NCBI GenBank assembly: GCA_031372065.1
Contig: JANMKN010000053.1
Coordinates: 1-16,695, forward strand
Source of the DNA: Abditibacteriaceae bacterium
GTDB taxonomy: Bacteria > Armatimonadota > Abditibacteriia > Abditibacteriales > Abditibacteriaceae
Length of the DNA stretch: 16,695 nt
Direction: 5' to 3'
In this document: piece by piece, positions 16,574 to 16,695 of the stretch
How the letters are laid out: each line of letters begins with the position of its first letter
Numbering within the stretch: position 1 is the stretch's first letter
Position numbers and translations under genes: made by a program
The notes under the pieces: generated by a model
The model's input: the letters and a program-made list of their open reading frames with translations, nothing else
Databases searched by the model: none
What the model was told of the DNA's origin: nothing

Positions 16574-16691
16574 GGCTTTCGAGCCGCGTAAGCTGGCTTT
16601 CGAGCCGCGTAAGCTGGCTTTCGAGCCGCGTAAGCTGGCTTTCGAGCCGCGTAAGCAGGCTTTCGAGCCGCGAAAGAAGGCTTTCGAGCCG
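16574..16691. repeat. Tandem array of 21-bp units GGCTTTCGAGCCGCGTAAGCT (5 full units plus a sixth core), possibly truncated by the window end
   Basis: Units start at 16574, 16595, 16616, 16637, 16658 and 16679. The first three are identical, and each contains the mini-palindrome GGCT-TTCG-AGCC. Confidence 0.95.
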
Positions 16692-16695
16692 ACTA

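Noticed and set aside
16574..16691. CRISPR array interpretation of the terminal repeats
   Set aside because: The 9-nt linkers between palindromes are nearly identical, so this is a tandem repeat rather than a repeat-spacer array.

Overview
A bacterial chromosomal window of roughly 55% GC by eye; the gene content suggests an Armatimonadota/Abditibacteriota-like organism, which is only an impression. From left to right it holds: a large coiled-coil protein with a C-terminal NYN/PIN ribonuclease domain; a three-gene oligopeptide-type ABC transporter (lipoprotein plus two permeases, no ATPase); an ECF-like sigma factor with a fused C-terminal beta domain, preceded by four 11-bp-phased OmpR/GlnR-like boxes; two back-to-back palindromic MITE/REP-like elements; a small 121-aa minus-strand gene with a basic tail, whose promoter abuts a degenerate array of 11 quasi-palindromic 21-bp repeats; a secreted parallel beta-helix protein; a convergent secreted Pro-rich protein with seven atypical FN3 modules; and a cluster of Trm112-like protein, GT2 glycosyltransferase and RlmD. 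A second, unrelated 21-bp tandem array runs to the window end. The best candidates for an undescribed system are the 121-aa gene with its 21-bp array (7023-7706) and the sigma-factor fusion with its phased upstream boxes (5623-6814).
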